Of a stretch of DNA of 64,000 bases, positions 1 to 11,829 are shown piece after piece. The stretch covers positions 90,892,001 to 90,956,000 of the forward strand of contig OZ024740.1 of the NCBI GenBank assembly GCA_964016885.1, read 5' to 3'. A model generated the notes under the pieces. It ran no database searches. It saw only the letters and a list, made by a program, of their open reading frames with translations, and was not told where the DNA came from. The translations under genes and the position numbers were made by a program. Every line of letters starts with the position of its first letter. Within the stretch, counting starts at the first letter, position 1. The DNA is from Eledone cirrhosa (lineage: Eukaryota).

Positions 1-3000
1 GAAGGATTTATAGGTGGAAGTTTTGAAGGTTTACTGAGATTATGCAATGACATCAGTTATCTGAACTGAATCAAGAGTGGCTTAAAATAGATATGATATC
101 TCTTTCTTAATATCGTTGCTTTTTAATGGCAAAAATGTTGGCACATATGTGTTCCACACGTTGTATATACGCTTATTTCGAGAAATAAGAAATGGAGACC
201 TAATTCGCAAATTATCATATTCCGGAATATAACAGATATTGTGGAATTAATTGCGGCGTATCTGTAAATCTCCTTCACGTCCTAATGCTTTATGTTTATG
301 CCAATGATGTAATCTCGGATGTATCCAAGTTGTTTTAATGTTTTTAGTTTATGGTATTATCAGTTAGGTATTACATGGTCAACTATTTTGCAAAGGGAAA
401 TAGGACGTAGGCTACTTGAGTTTGGTCATCATATTCTTGGCGGTTTATAGTCGGCGGCCATTCTTGAATGAATTCTAACATTAAAGCTAAATTGTTTTTA
501 GTTTAAGTATGTGAGATGATTTTAATGAGCAGCTCATAATGTCATACTCTCTTGCCCTGGAATTGATATTCTTAGAGCGGAAGAACAAATTAGAATGGAC
601 AATAATGTATTTCCAAATACAAGAGAGCAACAGGCATTGCTCAGTAACAGCAGAAAAGGAAAATATAACGATTCGCAAGATTTTAGTTAATGGCAAATGG
701 AACGGCTTATAGTCTTGGAGCTTTTTCACTTTTACCGATAAGGATAAAATTGTGAACTCGATCAACTTCATTCAGCTGAGTGCTGGAGGAATATTTATGT
801 TTCGATTAATTTCAAACCTCACATATAGAATATATTTTCATTTTCATATATGATACTTTCCTACATAACGACATACTTGTGTAATAGATACGACGCTCTA
901 ATTCAGCAGAGATCGGGAAAATATCACATGGTATTTATGTACGGCATTTCATTTTCTAATTATGAAACCAAAATATCAGTACAGGGATATGCTATATCTA
1001 AGAGATTTTGTAAGATCGCACACTCAAGCGTCAACGTCATGTAAGATATCTATAATAATAAGATATAGCATCTTATGTTATAATATTACTAAGTATTTGT
1101 ATGATGTACACATCAATAATAAGTTTTAATTTAACCCGATGTGAATTACCACCCGCATTAGAATATTTACTAAATATATAATAATGATTTACTATGAACT
1201 AAGATTCATTTTATGCTGCTATTTCTGATGTTCTTTCGTCGTATCATTTAAAACAAGAACATACGCACTTCTGTCGTATTGTATTCTGATATTACTGCAA
1301 TTTGGGGAATAGTATAGCCAGAAAAAATAGGTACCTAAGTGTAATGAAATCATAGCAAAATGGAAATCCAGTATATCTTTGGCGAAAAATGCCCACTTAT
1401 ATATATATTTAAAGGTTTATCATAAAGACTAGCAATGATATAATACTAAATACCAAAATATCTCCGTGATATATGCTAACGCAATGTATTCTCCAACTCC
1501 TTCGATTTTATCCATTTACACCCTCACATAGATTGTTTAATTAACTTATGCAATAACTATTCTCATACACGTTAGATATGAGAATCATATGCAAACAATG
1601 TAGGCGAAGGTTAGTTTTTGAATAGTAAGAGTATCCATAATCAATTTCGATGAACTTGCATCCCCAGCATGCTATTTTGCTTTCGAACTCCACAGGGTGT
1701 GTTAAATATTTCGGCGAACTCTACAAAATCTTGTTCATATTGTAATATTGCACGTTTATTTGACTAACATGAAGTTATATGATTTTCCATTATATGACTG
1801 ATATATATGCATTGGGGTACAATACAATAATCTAAAAAATCAGGTACATGCTGTGGCGATGTGAAATAATATCATGGCATCAAAGGGCAATTCAGTTTTC
1901 TGTGCATAATGTATTAAAATAACCAAGCGAAATAGTTTAATGAAAGCTTGACTTTCTCTATACTTTCCGGTATTGTTCTCTTAAATAACTTCCTCACTGA
2001 AATCTTCTGTCGTATTCATTCAATGCAATGCATGCTTATTGCACTTCCTTTAACTTTTGAGAACAGTCTAAAGTAAATAATTAAGGGTTTTCATTAACAT
2101 TTCGATGATTATTTGATAATTGATATTTGATAATGAATCAAATTCATTAACTGATTATGATTTATAGAACAAATTCAAATGCGTTTTTCATTGATATTCT
2201 ATACATTTAAAAATTCAATGAAGAGTTTGATTCATAAAACGTTACAAGTGTCGATTATTCGCTAAACAGCAAAGTGAAATAAATTTAGATTTAATTAAAA
2301 TTTCAACCTTACTACAATTAAAACACGAGTATCGGATATGTGTTACATATGTTGATTCATATAGGTAAGATATTTTCAGAACTGTATAAGGTATACGTAA
2401 TGTATTAGTTTTTACAACTTACATGCAAACTTAGTTATTTATGTCACAACATACCTAAGATCTTTTACACTATAAATATTATTTATTATTAATTTGATAA
2501 ATGATATTTGTGAAAGTTAATTATGTAACTTGTATTCTATAAAAATGATAACAGCCGCTAATTATAACTGTATTTATGCAAGATATATTTATTATTTTGC
2601 GCAGAATATATGCAACATGTAGCTCTGATAAGAGGAAATGTATTTTAACAAAATATGCGATAAACAATCTTGTTTATAAAATATATTAGCATGTTACATG
2701 CATAGTTTTGTGTAGCCTATGCAATGTATATAAGTGAGGAATTTAGAAATTCTTATCATTTTTAAAGAACCTTAAATAAATTATAATGCAACAATTCAGC
2801 AACGTTGTATATCTTTTTCAAATTGTTCGAATTGATAATGGACAATTATTAATGTTCGTGGGAATAACAGATGCTAATTTTCAATCATATATCTTTTGCA
2901 GTACCTTTACGTGCGAGAAATATGTTTTACTGTCGATTAGAAAGATAACGGTGGATAAATCAAGTTAAATATATATATATATGTAAATATCTTTAAGTCG

Positions 3001-3902
3001 TTTGGAAGCCTCGACAATGCAAATGGGTAAATCTCCGGGTAACAAGGTCCGGTGGTGGAGAGAGAGATGTAAGTGGGTGTACGTGTGAGATGCGTGGTGT
3101 GTATAAGATGTGTGAGATGTGTAGAATGAAGGGAAGAGTATAAAGGATAAAATTAAAATAACAACACGAGAGAAAGTTACCTTGGGAGAGATTTAATAGT
3201 CCCTATATATTTCGGATTCACATCCATCAACTGGGATTTTTTCCGGGGTGGGGGAAAAGGTTGTCTGTCGGACAAGTCCGTAACGCGTCCTTCGCTGTTT
3301 GTTGTTTTGAATATCTGAGGTATTCGGCAGAGCGCGCGTGCGCCTGAAATGGGGTCGGTCGTATAGAGGTCAGCAGCCGAATGAGGGAGAGGGATGGCGC
3401 TAGCTGTCAGTCCATTCTCTGCCTGTTTGTTAAATGTTACTGTGTGTGTGTGTGCGTGTGTTGTTATCTCACTTGAGTGTGTGTGTGTGTGTGTGCGTGT
3501 GTTGTTGCCTTGTTCCTCTGTATTGGCAGTGTAGTATGTTCGTATGGTGGAATGCTACTGTGTGCGTGTGCGTGTGTGTGTGTAGTTGTCTCGTTTGCGT
3601 GTGTGTGTTGTGTGTTGTTGCATCGCTTGTTAACTTAAACCAGCCATCTCATTTCGCTTCTCTCTGATCGGTTATTTATTTGCGGTTGCAGTCGTTTGAT
3701 AAAAAGCGCTTCCTTGATACGTAACGTGCCGACGTTTCTTTCAGTCGCTAGAATTGTGACAATGGGCCTTCCGTCTTTGTTTCCGCATTTGTCTATGTAT
3801 TTCCGAAAAGACGAGGCCATGGTTTTAATGTGTTCCTTGATCCGGATGTGCAAAGGTCGAATTGTGCTACCTATGTAGTATTGGTTGCACCTGTCACATT
3901 CT

Positions 3903-4170
3903 AGAATGTGACAGGTGCAACCAATACTACATAGGTAGCACAATTCGACCTTTGCACATCCGCATAAAGGAACATATTAAAACCAGGGCCTCGTCTTTCC
4001 GGAAACACATAGACAAATGCGGAAACAAAGACGGAAGGCCCATTGTCACAATTCTAGCGACTGAAAGAAACGTCGGCACGTTACGAATCAAGGAAGCGCT
4101 TTTTATCAAACGACTGCAACCGCAAATAAACAACCGATCAGAGAGAAGCGAAATGAGATGGATGGTTTAA
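3903..4170 (+). pseudogene. PLE GIY-YIG endonuclease C-terminal fragment (mirror copy 3635-3902 on -)
   Basis: LECDRCNQYYIGSTIRPLHIRIKEH...LRIKEALFIKRLQPQIN: YIG motif, R..EH and E...I...P..N typical of PLE GIY-YIG. Confidence 0.85.
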
Positions 4171-4552
4171 GTTAACAAGCGATGCAACAACACACGACAC
4201 ACGCACACACACACACACCCGCACACGCACAGAGTAGCATTCCACCATACGAACATACTACACTGACAATACAGAGGAACAAGGCAACAACACACGGACA
4301 CACACACACACACTCAAGCGAGAGAACAACACACGCACACACACACACAGTAACATTTAACAAACAGGCAGAGAAGGACTGACAGCTAGCGCCATCCCAC
4401 TCCCTCATTCGGCCGCTGACCTCTGTACGACCGACCCCATATCAGGCGCACGCGCGCTCTGCCGAATACCTCAGATATTCAAAACAACAAACAGCGAAGG
4501 ACGCGTTACGGATTTGTCCGACAGACAACATTTTCCCCCACCCCGAAAAAAC

Positions 4553-4592
4553 ACCCCCAGTTGATGGATGTGAATCCGAAATATATAGGGGT
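4553..4592 (+). ncRNA. Minimal type-I hammerhead-like motif with atypical core (mirror copy 3200-3236 on -)
   Basis: CCCC-CAGTTGA-T-GGAT gtga ATCC-GAA-ATATAT-A-GGGG, followed by ATTAAA and a possible AG|GTAACT donor. Confidence 0.6.
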
Positions 4593-4846
4593 TATTAAAT
4601 CTCTCCCAAGGTAACTCTCTCTTGTGTTGTTATTTTTATTTTATCCTTTATACTCTTCCCTTCATTCTACACATCTCACACATCTTATACACACCACGCA
4701 TCTCAACGTACACCCACTTACATCTCTCTCGCCACCACCGGACATTGTTACCCGGAGATTTACCCATTTGCATTGTCGAGGCTTCCAAACGACTTAAATA
4801 TATTTACTTATTGTTCCACGATGCTTCAAGCAAACTTCAATACTCT

Positions 4847-4884
<38 letters not shown>

Positions 4885-5445
4885 AAAGTATGTATACGTA
4901 CATACATATATGTATACAGAAGTATAGTAGTATGTATATATATATATATATATACATACAAGCACACATATATATATGTACGTATGGATTCACCGAACAT
5001 TTATTATAATGTTGGGTGTGTTTGTAAACAAACATCCCGAATTTAGCCGTACAGTGTCTAGCAACCATCGCTGTTCATTTGGTCAACATTGACAACGGAA
5101 CGCTGTACTAGTTTCAAGATTATTAGCTATCGTCAGCAACGTATACCTTCCTGCCAGATGATTGAACGTCTGAAAGTATATACTTTCCTTATGTATATTG
5201 ACGGCTGAGCAGCCTAATTTGCATATCGAGTGAGTTAATCGGCCGAGCGCACCGAAAACGATAAAGGGAAAAAAATGAAACGAAATTTCATTTCTCACTC
5301 TGAGTACGGCTGTTACTTAAATAAAAGTATTTGTCAGTGTTCAGCAAATGAGCAACGATGGTTGCTAGACACTACGGCTTAATTCGGGATGTTTCTTTAC
5401 AAACACAGTGAGCATTATAATAAATGTTCGGTGAATCCATACGTA
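4885..5445 (-). mobile_element. Non-autonomous HHR repeat (relative of the 20-23 kb array) with inverted fragment 5333-5445
   Basis: Clear similarity to the 20-23 kb monomer; 5333-5445 is an inverted copy of ~4978-5095. Confidence 0.8.
5100..5142 (-). ncRNA. Minimal type-I hammerhead ribozyme
   Basis: - strand ACGTTG-CTGACGA-T-AGCT aata ATCT-T-GAA-ACTAGT-A-CAGCGT. Confidence 0.8.
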
Positions 5446-5486
5446 TATATATATATATATATATATATATGTTTGTGTGTTTTTAT

Positions 5487-5568
<82 letters not shown>

Positions 5569-5570
<2 letters not shown>

Positions 5571-6852
5571 GAACACACGCACCCACTTACACCACCCACC
5601 CCACGCGTTACTAACATCACTAACACCCCCATCCCCATTCACACGTATCCAGACACCCTCGCCACCACCAACTCTACACACCCTACCACCACTAACCCCC
5701 ACTCACACCTGCATTCAACCCTTTCCCCACCTCCCGTATACTAACACCCACTAACACCCTCTTCATCAAACTACACACACACCAGTACACCACACTCCCT
5801 CCATAGAACTACACACACCCTTCTCTCCCCGCTCCACCCACACCCTCGCTCCACACTCACTCATCCCACTAACATCTCTACTAATGCACACACACACACC
5901 CTCCTCACTCCAACTTTCACACCTACCCATCCTCGCCCCTTTACCATTCCACCCGACTGCTGCTATGCTCTCTGACCACCTCCCAGCACAAACAGACACA
6001 CAGCACTCCCACCGCTTGACCACTTCCTGTTGCGCGCGCACCCAACATCTCTCCTCTTCCGACCATCTCTTCATGTATATACTCGTATGTGGAACTTGAC
6101 CACCACGGAATCTACTAACATCATAGGAATTTACCAACTGTTCAACCATCCTCTTACGGAATCACCTACAGAACTCACCCACACACACACCCACATTTTT
6201 CTTTTCTCCCACACGCCACCTACACCCACAACACGCTTAAACCCCATACACACGTGCTTTCCACAACATATTTACACCCACAGCCTCCTGATTCCTCTCC
6301 CCCCACCCCTCTATCCACACACGCACAGACACTCCGACCTACAACCCCCCCACACACAACTCTTCCTGAATATGCAACCCCGTTCTTTCTCCACCCCTTA
6401 CTTTCACATACACACACACACAGACACACGTACAACTACACACACACACCACCTTCAGCCTTCCCCGCTCGGACACCCCGACTCCCTCTCCCCACTCCAC
6501 CCGCCACCACCCCAACACACCCCACACACTTCCACCACCTGTTTTACCCCTTTTTAATTTCAGTTTATTTTGATCATGCTTTTATATTTAATTTTCTTTC
6601 ATTCCTTTTTATTTTGATCAAGCTTTATTTTTATTTTTATTTTTAATTTCATTCGCACCGTTTCCTTTCGCTATATGTCTCTCCACTACTCCCCTACACA
6701 CCCTTTGAACTCTGTTCCCACAAACTTCTCACCTGAGGAAGGGCTTATGCCCGAAACGTCGTTCCCCACCACCATCCCACTCTCCAGAGCGTGAAATTAA
6801 TAAACATTCGTTTTACTGCCTCTCTGTTTTGTTCCTGTTCAAATGTTTCCAT
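5569..6852 (+). mobile_element. Probable PLE 3' UTR fragment (C/A-rich) ending in HHR-like motif and polyA signal
   Basis: Low-complexity C/A-rich tract between (TA)n blocks; HHR core 6733-6760; AATAAA 6799-6804. Confidence 0.55.
6729..6762 (+). ncRNA. Minimal hammerhead-like motif
   Basis: CTGAGGA-A-GGGC ttat GCCC-GAA-ACGT-C; stem I only about 2 bp (AC/GT), so possibly inactive. Confidence 0.6.
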
Positions 6853-6880
6853 TATATATCTATCTATATATATATATATA

Positions 6881-8182
6881 TATAAAGAATGAATAATAAC
6901 AGGTAGACATCATAAAAAGGTAGTTTATTCCGTGTGCTTACAAGTGTTTCCCCGGTGGTACTGCAGCCTAGTTCCGCTACGTGCAAATTCACAAGTATTT
7001 GCAGAACTCGAATATCCAATGCTGTGACCACTGTTTCCTCAGAGCAGAATGGTAAATATACAATGTAAAAACCCTTAAGTGGGGTTGTTGGGGAAGATAG
7101 AGTGGAACAGGAAGAGAGAAAAGTAGGGAAGAAGGAGAGAGAAGGAAAGATATGCAGGTGTTGGAGAAGTAGGAGAGAGTGGCTTGTAGATATCTTAATC
7201 AAAATGTTATGGTAGGGGTTTTATTAGTTACTTTTGGAGAGATGCGTAGATAGTTGAGGTCGGAATTATTTATTGCCCCAGAGGTCAGGTTCATAGATGT
7301 TGAGAGGGAGGTAGGTCAAAGGTGAGAGAGAGAGAGTGTAATGGATGTAGAGAGAGATATATAGGTAGAGAGGGGACAGATAAAGTATATGTGGTGAGTG
7401 AACTTTTGGTTTTGTAGTAGTAATCTAGGAATTGTACTGAGTTACCATGTATAGTGATAAGCAGTGTATTGTCTTGTAGTGTGGGGGAGAAGAGAAGGTT
7501 GTTAGCTAGAAAGTGGTGTTGTAGTTACGGGTTCGAATGTTAAGTTATTTTATAGTGAGAGAATTTAGCTTTTAGTTTGTGGTTGCAGTATAATGATCGT
7601 TCAATTCTATCGTTAAGTAGTTTGTTTTTGGATTTTAGTATGTAAAATAGCTCAAGGTTACATAACCTGCAGTACTTCAAACCACTCCGATATGCATTTG
7701 CGCTGGAAAGTATATCCCATTTTAAGGTGAACTGTTGGTTGTGTTCACGGAGTTGCCAGGTCTTGTTGGCGAGCGTGGTCACAAAACGGTGATTCTGATG
7801 TTTGATTGAGAATCGATGACGGTACCAGCGAGATTTAAACGATGTGGTGGTAGATCCGATATAATACCATTTCTGGTCGTCCGATTCAACCGTGCATTGG
7901 TAAACAATGTTGGACTTCAGGCATTCATTCTGCAATGGACATCTTTCAGGTAGATGGCAGTTACATGCTTTGTTGTGGGTAGCGGGTATACCATGGATAG
8001 GTTGTGATAGCGGTACAGGTGGGTTGTGCAATACCCGTCTCCCATTTAGTGGTTGGGAGGCAGATATTGCGTTCTGCCCATCTGTTACTAAAATGTTTTG
8101 TTTTGTAGAGTTGTTTAATTGCCTTAAGTTAAGTTTTTTTATGTATGCTTCAAGGTTTGGTGCCGTGGAGTATGATAGTCTA
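6881..8182 (-). mobile_element. Naiad-type PLE family 1, inverted 5'-truncated copy (GIY-YIG, 3' UTR, HHR 6927-7050)
   Basis: Reverse complement of ~13495-14795; ORF 7540-8031 is nearly identical to the C-terminus of the 768-aa ORF; joined to the + copy through TCTAA microhomology. Confidence 0.95.
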
Positions 8183-9920
8183 AATCAGACATAGGGAAAA
8201 TTAGTAAACATATACTTGACAGAGTAATTACTCAAGTGAAAAAGAAAATTGAAATTAAATTATGGGGCAACACTAGCGAAGCAATCCATGGTTTAATAAT
8301 GTTAAGAATAAGAATAAATCTAAGTTTATACAATTTGACATAGACGAATACTACTCTTCCATCTCACCAAGCACTTTACGTAAGGCCCTATCATTTGCTA
8401 AGGCCAATTCCGACCTAACGGAGGACGAAATTAATATTATTCTCGAGGCTAGAAAAACCATTATTAAGTTCGATAACTGCTACTGGGAACGTAAGGACAG
8501 ACCCACAAATTTCGATATTACCATGGGTTCCAACGACTCTGCGGAGGTCACGGATCTCGTGGGAATTTACATAGCCCACATATTACATAGTAGATTTAGT
8601 AATCTACAGGGGGGGGGGGGGCGGATATATAGAGAAGACGGGCTCTTATTAGTTAATAACTTGAATAACCAAAATCTTGAAAGGCTACGGAAAAATATTA
8701 GAAAATCTTTTAGTGAGCTGGGCCTAAAAATAACATACGAATACAATCTTAAGGTAGTAAACTTTCTGGACGTAACTCTTAATTTAAATACCGGACAGAT
8801 ACGACCCTTCCACAAGGTAAATGAGAACCTTACGTATATTGACTTTAACTCTAACCACCCACTCTCCATGATAAAATCAGTTCCCCGGAGTATTTCTCTT
8901 AGAATCTCTCGCCTATCGTCTAACTCTGATATTTTTAGCGAACATGCTGAATACTACAATAATGCATTAAGGAATGCTGACCACCGGGATACAATAGAAT
9001 ACATCAATAGTAATTTCCACAACACACATAGTTCTACACGTAATCAAGGTATACGTAACCGGGGGACTAAAACACAAGCACACACACGCTATACTACCAG
9101 ACATACTAATAATAGAAGATCACCACCAAATAAATCACGTTGTAGAAAGTATATCTGGTATAATCTCATTTTTAATGCCTCGATTATTACAAAACTATCT
9201 CTTTCATTCTTTAAATTAATCAATAAACACTTCCCTAGTTCCCATAAGTACAGCAAAATTCTGAACTCCAAAACTATTAGACTATCATACTCCAAGGCAC
9301 CAAACCTTGAAGCATACATAAAAAAACTTAACTTAAGGCAATTAAACAACTCTACAAAACAAAACATTTTAGTAACAGATGGGCAGAACGCAATATCTGC
9401 CTCCCAACCACTAAATGGGAGACGGGTATTGCACAACCCACCTGTACCGCTATCACAACCTATCCATGGTATACCCGCTACCCACAACAAAGCATGTAAC
9501 TGCCATCTACCTGAAAGATGTCCATTGCAGAATGAATGCCTGAAGTCCAACATTGTTTACCAATGCACGGTTGAATCGGACGACCAGAAATGGTATTATA
9601 TCGGATCTACCACCACATCGTTTAAATCTCGCTGGTACCGTCATCGATTCTCAATCAAACATCAGAATCACCGTTTTGTGACCACGCTCGCCAACAAGAC
9701 CTGGCAACTCCGTGAACACAACCAACAGTTCACCTTAAAATGGGATATACTTTCCAGCGCAAATGCATATCGGAGTGGTTTGAAGTACTGCAGGTTATGT
9801 AACCTTGAGCTATTTTACATACTAAAATCCAAAAACAAACTACTTAACGATAGAATTGAACGATCAATATACTGCAACCACAAACTAAAAGCTAAATTCT
9901 CTCACTATAAAATAACTTAA
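8178..9920 (+). pseudogene. Truncated, mutated PLE RT/GIY-YIG
   Basis: Frameshift near 8285, poly-G expansion ~8608-8621, catalytic YRDD changed to YRED. Confidence 0.9.
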
Positions 9921-10409
9921 CATTCGAACCCGTAACTACAACACCACTTTCTAGCTAACAACCTTCTCTTCTCCCCCACACTACAAGACAATACACTGCT
10001 TATCACTATACATGGTAACTCAGTACAATTCCTAGATTAGTACTACAAAACCAAAAGTTCACTCACCACATATACTTTATCTGTCCCCTCTCTACCTATA
10101 TATCTCTCTCTACATCCATTACACTCTCTCTCTCTCAACTTTGACCTACCTCCCTCTCAACATCTATGAACCTGACCTCTGGGGCAATAAATAATTCCGA
10201 CCTCAACTATCTACGCATCTCTCCAAAAGTAACTAATAAAACCCCTACCATAACATTTTGATTAAGATATCTACAAGCCACTCTCTCCTACTTCTCCAAC
10301 CCCTGCATATCTTTCCTTCTCTCTCCTTCTTCCCTACTTTTCTCTCTTCCTGTTCCACTCAATCTTCCCCAACACTCCCACTTAAGGGTCTTTACATTGT
10401 ATATTTACC

Positions 10410-10534
10410 ATTCTGCTCTGAGGAAACAGTGGTCACAGCATTGGATATTCGAGTTCTGCAAATACTTGTGAATTTGCACGTAGCGGAACTAGGCTGCAGT
10501 ACCACCGTGGAAACACTTGTAAGCACACGGAATA
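10410..10534 (+). ncRNA. Type-I hammerhead with ~85-nt extended stem II (Naiad family 1 pLTR)
   Basis: ATTCTGCT-CTGAGGA(10418)-A-ACAGTGGT...ACCACCGT-G-GAAA(10510)-CACTTG-TA-AGCA..GAAT; AATAAA 10531. Confidence 0.85.
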
Positions 10535-10740
10535 AACTACCTTTTTATGATGTCTACCTGTTATTATTCATTCTTTATATACACTCCGGAATACTGAAGG
10601 ATCAGGAACTAAGTTTCTTGAACAATTCTTCCATAACTCGTAGAGTAACCTCTTACCGTACGTCAACCGTATCCAGTGTAGTAATTAACCATCACTACAT
10701 CTTGCATAATCCTATACCTAATATATATATATATATATAT

Positions 10741-11048
10741 GTAGGTCCCGGGTTCAGTCGGGGATAACCAGAGTAAGTAAGGTACTCAATACATGGCAGA
10801 GTAAAATATATTTATTGTATTGAAGGAGCTTCTACAGGACTAGTACTGTTTCATTCAAATGAAATCTTCAGGAAGCTGGGTGTCATATTAAGTTCTGGTA
10901 GTTATACATTTAGGTAGTGGTAAGGGAGGGGTGGTGGCTGGAGGGGATGTTTGGGGTTGGATGGTATTTGCGTGTATGTGTATATGTGTTTATGTGTATG
11001 TATTTGTATGTGTGTATGTGTATGTATGCGTGTGTGCATGTATATGTG

Positions 11049-11123
<75 letters not shown>

Positions 11124-11133
11124 GTATGTGTAT

Positions 11134-11165
<32 letters not shown>

Positions 11166-11420
11166 GTATATGTGTGTATGTATGTGTTTGTGCGTGTGTA
11201 TGTATGTGTATGTATGTATGTCTGTGTATATGTATGTATAGTATAGTTTATACCGAGAGACATACATACATGTATGTGTATATATATATATGTGTATATG
11301 CACGTGTGTATGTGTAGATATGTATGTATATGTATATATATATGTGTGTATGCATATATTTGTGTGTGTATGTGTATGCGTGTGTGCGTGTATATTTGTG
11401 TGTATGTGCTTTTTTCGTGT
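10741..11420 (-). mobile_element. PLE-derived non-coding fragment with HHR and microsatellite-rich UTR
   Basis: HHR 10827-10877 followed by AATAAA on -; same family as 16213-16330 on +. Confidence 0.7.
10827..10877 (-). ncRNA. Type-I hammerhead ribozyme
   Basis: AGCTTC-CTGAAGA-T-TTCA tt TGAA-T-GAA-ACAG tactagtc CTGT-A-GAAGCT. Confidence 0.88.
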
Positions 11421-11423
11421 GTG

Positions 11424-11482
<59 letters not shown>

Positions 11483-11829
11483 AATGAATAATAACAGGTA
11501 GACATCATAAAAAGGTAGTTTATTCCGTGTGCTTACAAGTGTTTCCACGGTGGTACTGCAGCCTAGTTCCGCTACGTGCAAATTCACAAGTATTTGCAGA
11601 ACTCGAATATCCAATGCTGTGACCACTGTTTCCTCAGGATCAGGAACTAAGTTTCTTGAACAATTCTTCCATAACTCGTAGAGTAACCTCTTACCGTACG
11701 TCAACCATATCCAGTGTAGTAATTAACCATCACTGCATCTTGGATAATCCTATACCTAATAATCGTCTCCTACATAGTTGAGCAACCACATCGACACACG
11801 GCATTAATATAGAAAGGCATCATATAGGT

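Larger units (their letters stand above)
2983..4850. mobile_element. Spacerless palindrome of two head-to-head 5'-truncated Penelope-like element 3' ends
   Basis: 2983-3902 is the reverse complement of 3903-4807, centred on TTCT|AGAA; each arm has a GIY-YIG C-terminus, CA-rich 3' UTR and HHR-like motif; flanked by (TA)n. Confidence 0.9.
8178..10722 (+). mobile_element. Naiad-type PLE family 1, 5'-truncated copy
   Basis: Near-identical to 12403-14938; ends in (TA)n at the same 3' point (CCTATACCTAAT). Confidence 0.95.

Noticed and set aside
1-2968. Short ORFs in AT-rich unique sequence as host exons
   Set aside because: No recognisable domain or supportable splice structure
3862-3943. N-terminus MCYLCSIGCTC of the two 102-aa ORFs as a zinc finger
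   Set aside because: It is read-through into the antisense of the opposite palindrome arm
10902-11508. YI/CV/HT-repeat ORFs here and throughout the window
   Set aside because: Translations of dinucleotide microsatellites
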